The notes below the pieces were generated by a model. It was not told the origin of the DNA and did not search any database. It saw nothing but the letters and a program-made list of their open reading frames with translations. 64,000 bases of DNA from the human T2T-CHM13v2.0 reference genome, Homo sapiens: assembly GCF_009914755.1 (NCBI RefSeq), contig NC_060935.1. One strand, 5' to 3'. Shown here piece after piece: positions 1-12,956 of the stretch (the stretch's first letter is position 1; the number at the start of each line of letters is the position of its first letter). Made by a program: the position numbers and the translations under genes.

Positions 1-802
1 GAGGCGAGTCAGGCTCACTATTCTTTTTCATATATTTTCTAAGCTAGTAACCAACATTTATTCTTCCAAATAATTCAATCACTTAAACATATAAAGAAAA
101 ACAAAAACCTTGTTTGAGCAATCTAATTGTAATTGCATCAAACTTAGATGTTCTTTTGGAAAAATTTTATATTAAATATTTCTAATCAAGAATGTATTTG
201 CATTCTCATTTCATTTTATGTATTTCAATAAGATTTTATCATTTTCATTATACAGGTTTGTCTCTTTCTTGTTAAATATATTTCTAAATATTATATAATA
301 TGTTGTAATTTCCTGTTTCTAGATTCGAATTAATAGAGAAAAGCTCTTGATTTTGCATATCTGTCTTCAATATGGCCATCTTAGCAAATTCTCATACTTA
401 ACTTTAGTTTTTCCCCCAGATTCCTGGGGTACCCTTGTATAGTTAACTGATGTTAGTTGAAAAAGTTTTGGTGTTTTGCCCTTTAGGATTATATTTACTG
501 TAGGCTTTTATTAATGGTCTTTATTACTAATTTAAGTGTTTTCTTTCTATTCCTATTTTACTTAGGATTTTTATTAGTTACAGCTGCAATACGTTATCAA
601 ATGCTTTTCAGCAACTGTTGCTATATGATTTTTCTTCCAAGTTGTTGACGTAACAAGTTAATACATTTCCTCAATGTGTATGAAACACCATAGCATTTCT
701 GAAACAGTCTTACTTTGGATTTATTGTTGCATTCTATTTGCTGATATTTTACACAGAATTTTCACATTACATTTCATAAGTAATATTCGTCTATACTTTT
801 TT

Positions 803-1095
803 CTTTTCCTTTTTTTTTTTTTTTTGAGATGGGGTCTCACTCTGTCACCCACACTGGAATGCAGTGGCATGATCTTGGCTCACTGCAGCCTCAGCCTCAC
901 TGGGCTCAAGCAATCCTCCCACCTCAGCCTCCTGAGTATCTGGGACTACAGGCCTGTGCCACCATGCCTGGCTAATTTTTTGTATTGTTTTGTAGAAATG
1001 TGGTTTCGCTGGTCTGAAACTCCTGGGCTCAAGCGATCTGCCTACCTCAGCCTACCAAAGTGCTAGGATTAAAGGTGTGAGCTGTCACACCCAAC
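803..1095 (-). mobile_element. AluJ
   Basis: Poly-T followed by gagatggggtctcactctgtcaccc...gtgagctgtcacacccaac. TSD-like tatactttt on both sides. Confidence 0.93.
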
Positions 1096-1257
1096 TATAT
1101 ACTTTTTTCAATAACCTGTTTGCCAAATTTCAGTCTTGAATGTACACTAGTTTCATAAAAAGAATAACACTGGAAATAACTATTCTTTAAAGATTACATA
1201 AAACTTACTCCTGTGAAACTATTTGGTCTTTATATGTTTTTTAGCATCTACTTTTAA

Positions 1258-1521
1258 TTAATTATTTTTAATTGATAGATAAAAATTTTATACATTTATG
1301 GTGTATAACATGATGTTTTGAAATATGCATACACAGTAGAATGGCTGAATCGAGCTAATTAACATGTATTACCTCACACAGCTTACCAATTTTTGTGGTG
1401 AGAACACTTAAATACTCTCTCAGCAGTTTTCGAGGATACAGCGCCTTGGTATTAACTGCAGTCACCATGTTGTACAGTAGATCTCTTGAGCTTACTTCTC
1501 CTAACTGAGATTTTATATCCC
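1258..1521 (-). mobile_element. L1MA-type 3' end
   Basis: tttaattgatagataaaaatt...tgtggtgagaacacttaa...cagtcaccatgttgtacagtagatctcttga resembles an antisense L1MA 3'UTR. Confidence 0.75.
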
Positions 1522-1687
1522 TGTGGCCTCCGCCTTTTTCAGTGGTAAATAGCTAAACTTGTTAGTTGTGGTCATTTCCACAATGACTGATCTATTTATT
1601 GACATTTTCCCCTTCTTTTTGACTCAGTGTTAGCAAGTTGTATTTTTCTGGGAAAGCATCTCTATCTGCTGTGTTTTCTTTGCTTCG

Positions 1688-1689
<2 letters not shown>

Positions 1690-1735
<46 letters not shown>
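1690..1735 (+). repeat. (GT)23 microsatellite
   Basis: Directly visible. Confidence 0.98.
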
Positions 1736-1737
<2 letters not shown>

Positions 1738-2638
1738 AGGGTTATGTGAAATAATCTCTTATGTATCTTCTAATTTGTACTGTAATTGTGGTCTTGCCAC
1801 TTTTCCTTTTTCTCCTTTTTAATTGTGTGAAGAGTTTATTTTGTCTGTCTAAAGGACCAGTTTTTAATTCTGTCTGCATTTTAAATTTCTATTTCATTGA
1901 TTTGAGCTTTTATCTTTATTAATTCCCTTTTCCTGGCTTCCTTTGATTTCTTTGTGGTTTGGGTTTTTTTTTTAAGGATGTGTGTTTTATTCTGTAAATT
2001 TTTACCTTTAATGATGAAGACATATGAGGCTACTTCATTAAGTTTCCTTCAAGTGCAGCTTCATCATGGCTGATACGTTTTGATGTAAAATATCTCCCTT
2101 TTCATTGCTCTTTAGTTTATAATTTTCTTAATTCCTTTTGATCCAAGGTTATCTAGGAAGCCTTGTTTCTTATTTCTGAGTTATTGAAACTGCATATATA
2201 CTAGTATTTTCTTAGTTTCTTCCTTTCATAAACAGGTGACATTCAGGGGCTCATGATCCGTGAGAAATAATCAGTTTTTTCTAAAGTAGAGAGATTAGCT
2301 ATATTGGTTGTTAACCTATGAGCCTTTATCACAATAAAGAGATTTTCTTTGAAGAACTGTAGCTAGCTGGGGCCTGCTCTTACAGATCTCCTCCAGGTAA
2401 AGCATCATAATTAGGCAGTTTTATTTTTTTCTGACCTTTGCTAAAAGGATCTGTCAACGCTTCTTAAAGCTCTCATCTTTCCAACTAATTTTTTAAAAAA
2501 CTTCCAGAAAAATAATGGATTCTATGTATAGCAATAAATTTGGAGATAGTTTTTTTTTAATTAAGTAGATTACGTAAGTAGTATAGCATATAGAAGATGA
2601 TTCCTGTTGAAAAACTAAAATGCTTTTATGGGCAGTAA

Positions 2639-2902
<264 letters not shown>

Positions 2903-3114
2903 TGACGGAAGTGAGGAAGGTGGGCCTGGGAGGCGCTGGGCCTGCGCCGAGGGAACTGACCAGGTTGTTGGATTGGGTTCCTAGTGGTCAGTCAGTAGTT
3001 GAATTTGCATCATCCATAGGGAAAACTTGGGCTTGATTCTGTAGAAGAGAAGGGGTTTTATCTGGCTGGGGTTTCTAAGGTTCGCAGAACTGGAATTCAG
3101 TTGGGTAATAAAAA

Positions 3115-3283
3115 GTGATGTGTTTTTATCTCTGGCTGCAGAGTAGAAAGGCCTGGAGAACTTTTAAACATCCGGCTGTATCCTAGATCAATTAAATCAG
3201 GATCTGTGAGAACAGGACCCAGGCATGTGTATTTTTTTAAGTTCCGCAGGTAATTTCAACATTAGCCAAGTTTTAGTCTCAGC
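3115..3283. mobile_element. MER5A-like hAT-Charlie MITE
   Basis: ggctgca...cctggagaacttttaaa...caattaaatcagga...cccaggcatgtgtattttttaagttccgcaggtaatt. Confidence 0.65.
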
Positions 3284-3511
3284 AGCAACATGGTATGCAA
3301 ATCAGGCAAAAGCTGAGTTGGTATGTTTGTACTTCAGACATACCTTGACATGTTCCATGATGGACTTCCAAGGCCTTCTAAGAAGTTACATGCATTAAGG
3401 CAGGAAAATATAAGCTCTCAGTACCAGAAGAAATATAAATTAGAATAGAATGCATGGAATGCAGTGACCAGGAGGAGGAAAATGTTCTTCATAGGCTAAA
3501 AAATCTGGCTA

Positions 3512-3648
3512 GGCTGAGTACAGTGGCTTATGCCTCTAATCTCAACACTTTGGGAGGCCAAGGTGGGAGGATCCCCTGAGCCCAGGAGTTCAAGACCAGC
3601 CTGGGTGACATAGTGACACCCTATCTCAAAACAAACAGACAAAACAAA
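3512..3648 (+). mobile_element. Free left Alu monomer (FLAM-like)
   Basis: A single Alu arm ending in an aaaacaaac tail. Confidence 0.88.
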
Positions 3649-4079
3649 CTTAATGGGCAGCTAAAGGAAAGGGAAAATAGTGTTCAAGGTCCATGATGGG
3701 AAAACTCACCAGTGCCCCTGGATGGTTCTATGTGGGTTTTCCCCTAATACTTAACTTTAAAACAAATTTCTTCTGGGAGCTTTATTTGGGGACTTCAGAA
3801 GTTGTTAGGAACAATGTCATCCTCAAAATAGAAAATACTCAGTAATGGGTTTCATAAGGCTCATTTAAAAAAGTAACATTACTTGATTAAAGGGAAAATG
3901 CCAAAACAAAACTTGAGGGAAACAATCTTAGCAAAAGAGGGGCAACAAGGCTATACTGTGGCCAAATACTCCTCTGAAAGCCTACTTTATTCCTTTTTGT
4001 TACTAGGATTAAGAATCCATACAGCAGGAATTCTTTACTTGGTGTTTTTGGTTCCATTGGGACAGTGGCTTTCAATCAG

Positions 4080-4303
4080 CAGTGTTCTGTTTTTTTGTTT
4101 TGTTTTGTTTTGTTTTTGTTTTTTAGAAAGGCTGTTTCCCAGTTTCCCAAAACTCTAATTTATACCTTTTACCTATTTCTGTGGTGTAAATATGCCCTTC
4201 ATGGGCAATTTCAAGCTACCGATAGCTATTCAGCTAATGAAATTCCTTAATATTTAACAATAATTTTTATGAGCCAGTAGGAGCCAGCTTCTATACACCA
4301 TTG
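4080..4303 (-). mobile_element. MER63-like hAT element, apparently nested in a MER5A copy (4063-4501)
   Basis: tttctgtggtgtaaata...atttcaagctacc and terminal gagccagcttctatacaccattg. A MER5A-like start (cagtggctttcaa) is at 4063 and the MER5A body at 4340-4501. Confidence 0.55.
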
Positions 4304-5104
4304 TATAAAAAAAAATAAGTAACATTTAAAAATAAAAACCCTGTGCATATTAGATTCATCCAGGAAGGTTTAAAACATCTAAGGCCTAGGCCCCACCCTG
4401 GATGAATAAAATGAGTCCCTGGAGATGGGGCCCAGCATCCTGGTTTTTATTTTTTAAGCTCTGCATGTAGTTGAAGTGTGCAACCAGGTAGAGACCCACT
4501 GCTGTAAGAGATTGGGAAATGAGCCGCAAGGACTCTCAGAGTTTATAGACACATGATTGGCATACAACTAGCAAACAGATAATTTTGCATATAATTTTCG
4601 TTTGTTCCAAGAAGAGAATCTTAATGGGTTCTCAGATGTGCCCATGTCCTTCTAAAATTTAGAAGCCAGCATTCAGGGGAAGTTTGGAATACATGCTCTT
4701 TAATAACATTGATCAGTATTCCTTTCTTTAATGGCCCTTTGGTGAAAATAGAGCAATTCAAGGTTTGCAGGACTGGCATATAGCAGGTGCTTGACATATA
4801 GGTGCTTCCTGTTGCTATCTAAGAATAGATGCATCACTTTAGCAGTCAGACGAGTAGAAGGTAAGTGTGACATCTACTGAGGATCTTAAGTGGCCTCAGG
4901 AATTAACCAAAACTCTGAATGAATGGCTTCCCTGCCTCTCTTGGGGGGGAGTCTTAGCTGTTTATTAAAAATCAATTCTGATTCTGTTTCTGCATGCTAA
5001 GGATGCATGTTCTCAGTCCGTAAAACTCTACCTCAGAGAGCACAGCTAAGATAAATGTGGCCTGGAAAAGTGTTAAAGCCCCTGTTACCCACAGAACCTG
5101 ACTA

Positions 5105-5687
5105 CAGTTGTGCACTGCATAGCAGTGTGAAGGGCGGACCACGTGTATGGTAGTGCTCCCATAAGATGATAATGGAGGTGAAAAATTCCTGTCACCTAGT
5201 GATGATGCAACTATTATATAATACAGCATAATTATTTTTAAAAATAAATTTAGGTTAGCCTAAGTGTACAGTACAAAAGTTTACAGTAGTATACAGTGAT
5301 GCCCTAGGCCTTCCCATTCACTCGTCACTTACTCAGTGACTCACCTAGAGCAAATTTCAGGCCTGTAAGCTCCACGCATGGTAAGTGCCCTATATAGGTG
5401 AACTACTTTTTACCTTTTATACCATATTTTTACTGTACTTTATGTGTAGATATGTTTAGATACAAAAAATACTTACCATTGTGTTGTAATAGCCTACAGT
5501 AATCAGTACAGTAACATGCTATACAGATTTGTACCCTAGGAGCAATAGGCTACACCATATAGCCTAGGTGTGTAGTAGGCTGTACCGTCTAGGTCTGAGT
5601 AAGTACACTCTATGCTGTTGGTTCGCATGACAAAACCACCTGATTACACATTAGGAGGTGTCCTCATTGTTAAGCAACTCATCACTG
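5105..5687. mobile_element. Tigger3-family (MER7-type, Tigger3c-sized) non-autonomous DNA transposon
   Basis: TA|CAGT...ACTG|TA termini. Internal agcaataggctacaccatatagcctaggtgtgtagtaggctg is shared with the copy at 59019. Confidence 0.85.
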
Positions 5688-5935
5688 TATATCATTAATG
5701 CTGCCTTGCAAAATATGACTTCAACCAATACAGCCATCCAGATAACTTAGCAGGTTAGATTAATTTCAAAATGTGTCATTAAGCAACTAAATAAATTCCT
5801 TTAATATGGAGAATTAATACCTATCAATCAATATATATTAGAATTAATAGTTTAGTTTTAGAAAAACTGAAATTAAGCCAGCACTCTTGGATTTTGAAAA
5901 TAAAATCATCTAATTGATGAACAGGAGAAATTGTA

Positions 5936-6174
5936 CCTCATATAAAATGACATAGTATTTGCAGATAACTTATACAAATCATCTCTTATACTTTAAATCA
6001 TCTCTAGATTACTTATAATACCAAATACAATGTAAATGCTATGTAAATAGTTGTTATACTATATTTCTAAAATTTTTATTATTTTTATTATGTCTTTTTT
6101 CGTCCCCAAATATTTTCCAATCTGATATTGATTGGATCTGCCAGTGTGGAATCGCAGATTGGGAGGGCCAACTG
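5936..6174. mobile_element. MER2-like Tigger fragment
   Basis: tatactttaaatcatctctagattacttataatacc.aatacaatgtaaatgctatgtaaatagttgttatact, ending in gagggccaactgta. Confidence 0.8.
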
Positions 6175-6359
6175 TATTCTTATTTAATAGAAAGCTTGCA
6201 AGAAGTTTGAATAGGTTGTAGAGGTGCCAGGTGCTGTGCTAGACCCTTTGTAAATGTTATGTAATTCTCACTTTCAGACTATGAGGTCATTTTTCTCATT
6301 TTATGGATAAAGAATGTCAGGCCACCCCGAGGTCACAGAGCCAGTGATGGAAATAAATT

Positions 6360-7111
6360 TGAGATACCATCTCACACCAGTTAGAATGGCGATCATTAAA
6401 AAGTCAGGAAACAACAGGTCCTGGAGAGGATGTGGAGAAATAGGAACACTTTTACACTGTTGTTGGGACTATAAACTAGTTCCAACCATTGTGGAAGTCA
6501 GTGTGGCGATTCCTCAGGGATCTAGAACTAGAAATACAATTTGACCCAGCCATCCCATTACTGGGTATATACCCAAAGGATTATAAATCATGCTGCTATA
6601 AAGACACATGCACACGTATGTTTATTAGAGCACTATTCACACTAGCAAAGACTTGGAACCAACCCAAATGTCCAACAGTGATAGACTGGATTAAGAAAAT
6701 GTGGCACATATACATCATGGAATACTATGCAGCCATAAAAAATGATGAGTTCATGTCCTTTGTAGGGACGTGGATGAAGCTGGAAACCATCATTCTCAGC
6801 AAACTATTGCAAGGACAAAAAAACCAAACACCGCATGTTCTCACTCATAGGTGGGAATTGAACAATGAGAACACATGGACACAGGAAGGGGAACATCACA
6901 CACCGGGGCCTGTTGTGGGGTGGGAGTAGAGGGGGAAGGGATAGCATTAGGAGATAATACCTAATGTTAAATGATGAGTTAATGGGTGCAGCACACCAAC
7001 ATGGCACATGTATACATATGTAACAAACCTGCACGTTGTGCACATGTACCCTAAAACTTAAAGTATAATAAAAAATAAATAAATAAATAAAGCTAAACTT
7101 AAAAAAAAAAA
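6360..7111 (+). mobile_element. 5'-truncated young primate L1PA (ORF2 C-terminus, 3'UTR, A tail)
   Basis: ORFs 6314..6544 and 6489..6929 encode L1 ORF2 C-terminal peptides ([62 protein letters not shown]). Typical L1PA 3'UTR and tail. Confidence 0.95.
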
Positions 7112-7967
7112 AGAATGGATAGAAAAGACCTTGCAAGGTATCTTATGGTCATGAAATCAAAAGACTTGAGTTTAAGACTTTATGGCCTTGGTCACTTAGT
7201 CTTCAGACATCAGTTTCACCTTGATTTATAAACAGAATGCTCAAGTCTGCACTTTCTACCTCAGAGGTTATCATTGAAATATTTTAATTCAGCTAAGCTG
7301 TGAGAGATGGTACTGCCTTCTGGGATACAATGCAAATAAAACCCAGCACTTGTCACGTAGTAATTCATGGTCCTTCAGGATGAAAGAGGCAGGTAAATAA
7401 ACCATTGCAAGCAAATGATGGCTGTAGTGTACTCGTGAAACAGGTACCTCTGAAATGCAGAGTGATGAGGTAGGGATTCTCAGGGATGTTGCCTCGATGG
7501 ATAAGGAGACATCTTTCTGATTACTAAGAATAGGGGTATCCCATGGGTACATACTTAGGTACCAGGGGCTGGGGTGCTATGGTGAATTAGGCAGGTGGGC
7601 CGCCATCCTGGGTTCTGATGCAGGAGGCAGGCATGCATCAAGTCATCACAAAATAAATGAAAACTGTAGCTCTTGCTACCTGGCAGAGGGACGCAGGGCA
7701 TTCGTAGAACAGGGGAATTTGACCTAGTTCAGGCGGAAGCTGAGGAAGGCTTCCTGAGGAAGAAACAGTTGAGAGCTCTCTGCGTGGTGAATATGCAACC
7801 ATGACCAAACGAACCTCTCAGCTCCTTCCCTGTCAAAGAGCACCCACTCCTAGAGGTCGTATGATATCATATGAGACAATCTGTGTAAAGCATTTGATAC
7901 TGAGTAGATGGATAGTAAACACTCAATATTTGTTGGCTATTCTGATGTGAATTTTCATTCATTCAGC

Positions 7968-8285
<318 letters not shown>

Positions 8286-9073
8286 CAGCAAATATTTATT
8301 AAATGACTTGTGTGCCATGTCCTCAAGCTAGTTGCTGGGAAACAGGGCCCCTGTTCCTTAGGAACTTATATTCCACTGGGTGAGATGGATATTAGAAAAA
8401 AAATTGTACACGCCAGTATGTGTTTACCAACTGTATAGCATGCTGTGATGGGAAAATGAGATGTACTGCAAGACTATTCTTTAAGTAGGGACTGGAAGCT
8501 TGGATACCTTAAGAGCAAGGGAAACTAAACAGGGGAAACAGCCTGATACTTAGAGGGAAATTAGGCCTATAACAAACTGGAAGAGGCTCTCAAGTTCAAA
8601 ATGTTTTCATTCAAACAATGCTTTGGCGTAATCAAACACAAAAGTAACAGAGTCACTGACGCGTTTCATGTTTTTGCTTGATTAGATTTGCTCTTAGAAA
8701 GTTCCTTCTGAGAATAGCATGGGGAATTGAGACCAGAGTGAGGACAGAAAGGAGTCAGGGTCTGTGTGGTGTGGAGGGAGCTGCAATGATTTGGGCTGGA
8801 GAACTCAAAATACGAGGGATAATTAGAGGGATTCAAGAGACTGGAGGGGAAGCATGAGTATTTCACAATACATTTTGAAAGATAAAGCCCATGTCTATGG
8901 AAAGAATGTCATTCCACAGGATTCTACCTATCCCACTGTTCCTTGATTCAGCAGATACTTTTCTGGGTCTAGGCACTACTGGTTAACATAGTGGTGAGGG
9001 AGGCACTCCTGCAGCTTCTCTGTCCTTGGCTATTGTGAAACAAGATTTAGCAGAAGTTTAAGACTAGGATGGG

Positions 9074-9272
9074 AAAAAGAGTGGATTTTAAATGTTCTCA
9101 TCACAAAGAAGTACGTGAAGTGCTTGGTATGTTAGCCTGATGTAATCGTCCCACAAGGTATATACATCTATCATCACATTGTAGCCCATAAATATATGTA
9201 CTGCAAGACTTTATTCTTTTAGGTAGGGACTGGAATTATTACTTGTCAATTTAAAAATTCAGATAAAAAATA
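9074..9272 (+). mobile_element. Short L1MA-type 3' end fragment
   Basis: aagagtggattttaaatgttctcatcacaaagaa...cacattgtagcccataaatata...aattattacttgtcaatttaaaaa. Confidence 0.7.
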
Positions 9273-9633
9273 AGACAATTTCTTAGAGTAAATGATTGCC
9301 TTGCGGGACAGAATTAAAGAGAATTCTTTGTTGTAAAGAAATCAGCCCCCTAAAAAACAAAAACACAAATGTGCTAATTTTTGTGGTCCTTTCTTGGGCA
9401 TAGATTATGAGTGACCCTATCTAGAAGGTATTTCTTACTTATGATAACCACGTTTAGATGGGCTTCAGGTCATAGTTGTAGTGTTCTGAATCTGTGTTAG
9501 AGGACACAGAGTGAGGCTGAGCAAATCTCTCTTGGACTTAAGACTTGTTCTTCTCCAATTAAGTCATAGTCGTCATACACAGATGGAATATGTTTTCATC
9601 CTTTTGGTATTATATACTTTTTTTTTATCTTAA

Positions 9634-9750
<117 letters not shown>

Positions 9751-12750
9751 ACATGGTTATTTATATATATAGATATCTGTATATACACACACACATATGT
9801 GCACACACACACTCTCTCTCCATTATCGAACGACTGACTGTAAACCTCACCACACAGGGTGGTGCCCTGGCCCCGAGGTCACCCCGACTTTTCTAAATCT
9901 TGTTTGAGTGAAGTCATTTTTTCATGTGTTCATACTATCATTGTAGCTGTGAAGTTCTGGTACAGTTGTAAAAAGAGAAATTGAGTTGTTTCTCTATGTT
10001 CTTCAGATGTGCAGCCCACAATTCCTCGGGAAAGGTGAACCTGAACAACCCAAGTCTCTCTCTGCAGAGCCCTGTTTCTAATTGTGGTAGAAAATATTGA
10101 GACAGAGCATTTGCCATGGGACATTTACAGCCTTTATACAAATGTATTTAGTTCTCTTTTTTCCAACATAAAATTCTTGTTTTAAGATACAAGTAAAATT
10201 AATCTTTAAATATAAATGTAAATTAGTACACAAAACTAAGAATCTTTAGACTTATCTTTGTAACTAATTAGGGTGGAAGTTATGAAAGAATGTAATTCAC
10301 TAAATTATTTTTTAAATGAAACCTTTTTTTTTCTTTTTGAAACCAAATGTTAAACTATAGCCTTAAGAAATGCTTGGTAGAAGTGTCCTAATGAGACAAA
10401 TTTGTACTTTTATCCTCAAGGTTAACACTAATCTCCTAATCCATTAAACTCTTGAACAGGTATTACAAAGGAAGAAAACTTCACCCCTTATCCTTAACAT
10501 ATATAGTATATTTAAAAAATATAAAATTGTATTGTACTAATGTGATGATGGATTATTTAATGAAAAAGAAAAAATGGCTCTTTTTGCAATAAGTAGATAC
10601 ATACTGAAAAAATCTAAACTTACAATGTTTATAGTCTTGTGTGTGCAGTTATATTTTATATGGACGACCAAATTTTTTATTAAGATGAGTAAATATTTGA
10701 ACCACTGAATTTTAATAACAAAATTTTAAAATTGGCATGAATACGGAATACTGCACTGTGAGATGCAAAGTATACAGAATCTGTGGCTGGGAGAAAATTT
10801 CATCAAATAGACAAGTAAAAGGCTCATCAGTTTTAGCATCTCTGCTCCCCAGAAAATTGTAAGCATCCTCACCAGCCTGTGGATACATTCTTTATTTCTA
10901 GTGACCCAATATGCATATTAACCTGCTATAACTAGGGCTATATGTGTAGGTATGTGTATACATATACACAAATGCACATATAGAGTTAACACATTTAGTG
11001 AACACTTGTTTAGTGTCACTCAGTTTGCTAGGTGCTGATATGTACGTATATCTCAATGTGTCTGTAGACTTAGATACATCCTCTTGAAGCACATCCATTT
11101 CTTTAGCGTCTCTCAGTAAGTTACAGTACTTGTTTGACTTAGGTTTAAGAGGCCCAGCTACCTATCTCTGACCTTTTCAAATAGGCTCATTTGGGAGATT
11201 CTTTTGCCAGGAGAGATTCAACTTTCCAATCTAAGTATTCCAGAGCATTGCCCAGGCAGAGTTGGTTTGATGTGGCCAGATGTTTTGAGTTATTTCCCTT
11301 AAGTGTTTCACTGGGGAGAGAACAGGGAGTGCTCCTCCAGCTTCCCAAAGAAATATGTTTTTGTAAGTGGTAGGAACATGTGCACACAATAGAACATGAA
11401 ATAAGTTTTTTAACTTGTAAAACATGTCAAGATTTTTCCACCAAGCTAGAAAATAAAAAACTTAGTTCTACCACATCCAATTAACTTACACACCCCCTTC
11501 CCTGTCTCAACACCTGCTTTGACCCTGCTTTTCTATTATTACATCAGTCAGCATCTTGTGGTCCCTAACATGAGGATGTGGCTGGCTCGTGGGAAACAGC
11601 AAAACACTAAGCCTGACCTCTCCCAAATTGGGAAGACCAGAGGAGAAAGTGCAAAACTGTCCCCATTTGGAATGCCCATTCCTTCTAGAAACCAGTTGGA
11701 CAGTGCTCCTCTGCCCTTCATAAACAGACTACTGTTGGGTCCCTGATTCCAGGCTGGCCTGTGAAGGATTGCCCCAGGTGTCCCCTTTCACGGTTGTCAC
11801 ATTTACAGTGACTTCTGTTGAACACCCCTCTTAGGGATGTTTCTTTTGCTCTTATTTCCTGCATCTTTCCTTAAGGGAAGCCCCATCCTCTCCCAGGACC
11901 AGGAGTTTATGACCAGGCGAGCACAAATGGCTAAAAGCCAAGCTGTCCTAGAACTTCAGTGGGAGAGCTGTCTGGTTCATATTCTACCCAGGAATGGTAC
12001 TTTTCAGTGCAGCCAGGAGGGCTCTTGGGATTTCCTTTCCAAAGCACAAAAATACTGGGACCCAAGAAGAACAGCTAGAGGACAACTCTGTTGGCACAGA
12101 GACGGGGACAGCCCAGTCTGCTGACCTCACAGGGTCAGCTGGGCCCCCCTGGTGCTTCACCACCTGCATCCTCTTGCTCAGAATGCCTTTGCAGTTGAGT
12201 TTTCTGGGTTTCTATGATTGACCTTGAGGTTTACTCCTTGCTCTTACAACATTTCTAAGGATTTTTAAAAGTTTACTTCTTGTCTTGTTCTTCTAAAGCT
12301 TTCTCCAGGACAGATATTTTCCCTGTCTTAACCACTGGTCCAGTCATCCCAGTGGGCTTCTCTTTGTCTCTCCCAGATTAGACCTTTGGGTGAGATTGGC
12401 ATCACAACATCTAATCTGAGTCTGTCTTTTGTCCTTCATTCTGTATGGCAGTCTCCCTTTGTTATAAAAGCTTTCTAAAGCATACTAAAGAAGCCTTCCC
12501 AGAGCCCCGTCTTGCTTCTCTTCCAGGTGCTCTATCCCCTCGAGACCCTCTGGTGCCAGGCTTGCTTCACGGCCATCTTGTGTTGTCACTGCAGAGTTTG
12601 GAGGCCAGTTTTCCACAGCCTAAACAGGGAGGAGCTGCAGAATGGGGCTCTGGTCTCTGGGCATTCATTTCCCTCATAGAGGCTGAGAATAAAACAAGGA
12701 CTTATTCACACATGTTCTAGAACCCCAGAATGGCCCAAGTTACCTGAGAC

Positions 12751-12956
12751 CAGGGTTTCTCAACCTTGACACCATTGACATTTTGGACTGGGTAATTCTT
12801 TGTTCTGCAGAGCTGTCCTTTGCACTGTAGGAGATTTACTAATATCCCTGGCCTCTACCCAGTAGTACCACTAGCACCTATTCCCCACCCAGCGTGTCTC
12901 CAGATATTGTCAAATATCCCATCGGGTGCAAAATGATCCCTGGTCAAGATCTGTTG
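12751..12956. mobile_element. MER20 hAT-Charlie element within the TEAD1 3'UTR
   Basis: cagggtttctcaaccttgacaccattgacattttggactgggtaattctttgtt...cctggcctctaccca...gtctccagatattgtcaaat. Confidence 0.85.

Larger units (their letters stand above)
90..2200 (-). mobile_element. Old L1M ORF2 remnant, fragmented, with nested Alu, L1MA 3' end and (TG)n
   Basis: T-rich segments resemble antisense L1 ORF2 (e.g. ttctattcctattttacttaggatttttatt...tcaaatgcttttcagcaac). Boundaries are rough. Confidence 0.6.

Noticed and set aside
674-1066. 130-aa ORF, and similar ORFs at 22832, 27526, 32754, 50476, 52081, 60721 and 61619
   Set aside because: These are antisense-Alu translations (LECSG..AHC.L, PASASQ.AGITG), a standard artefact.
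6314-6929. ORFs with clear protein similarity
   Set aside because: Frameshifted C-terminal fragments of L1 ORF2 in a 5'-truncated copy, not a host gene.
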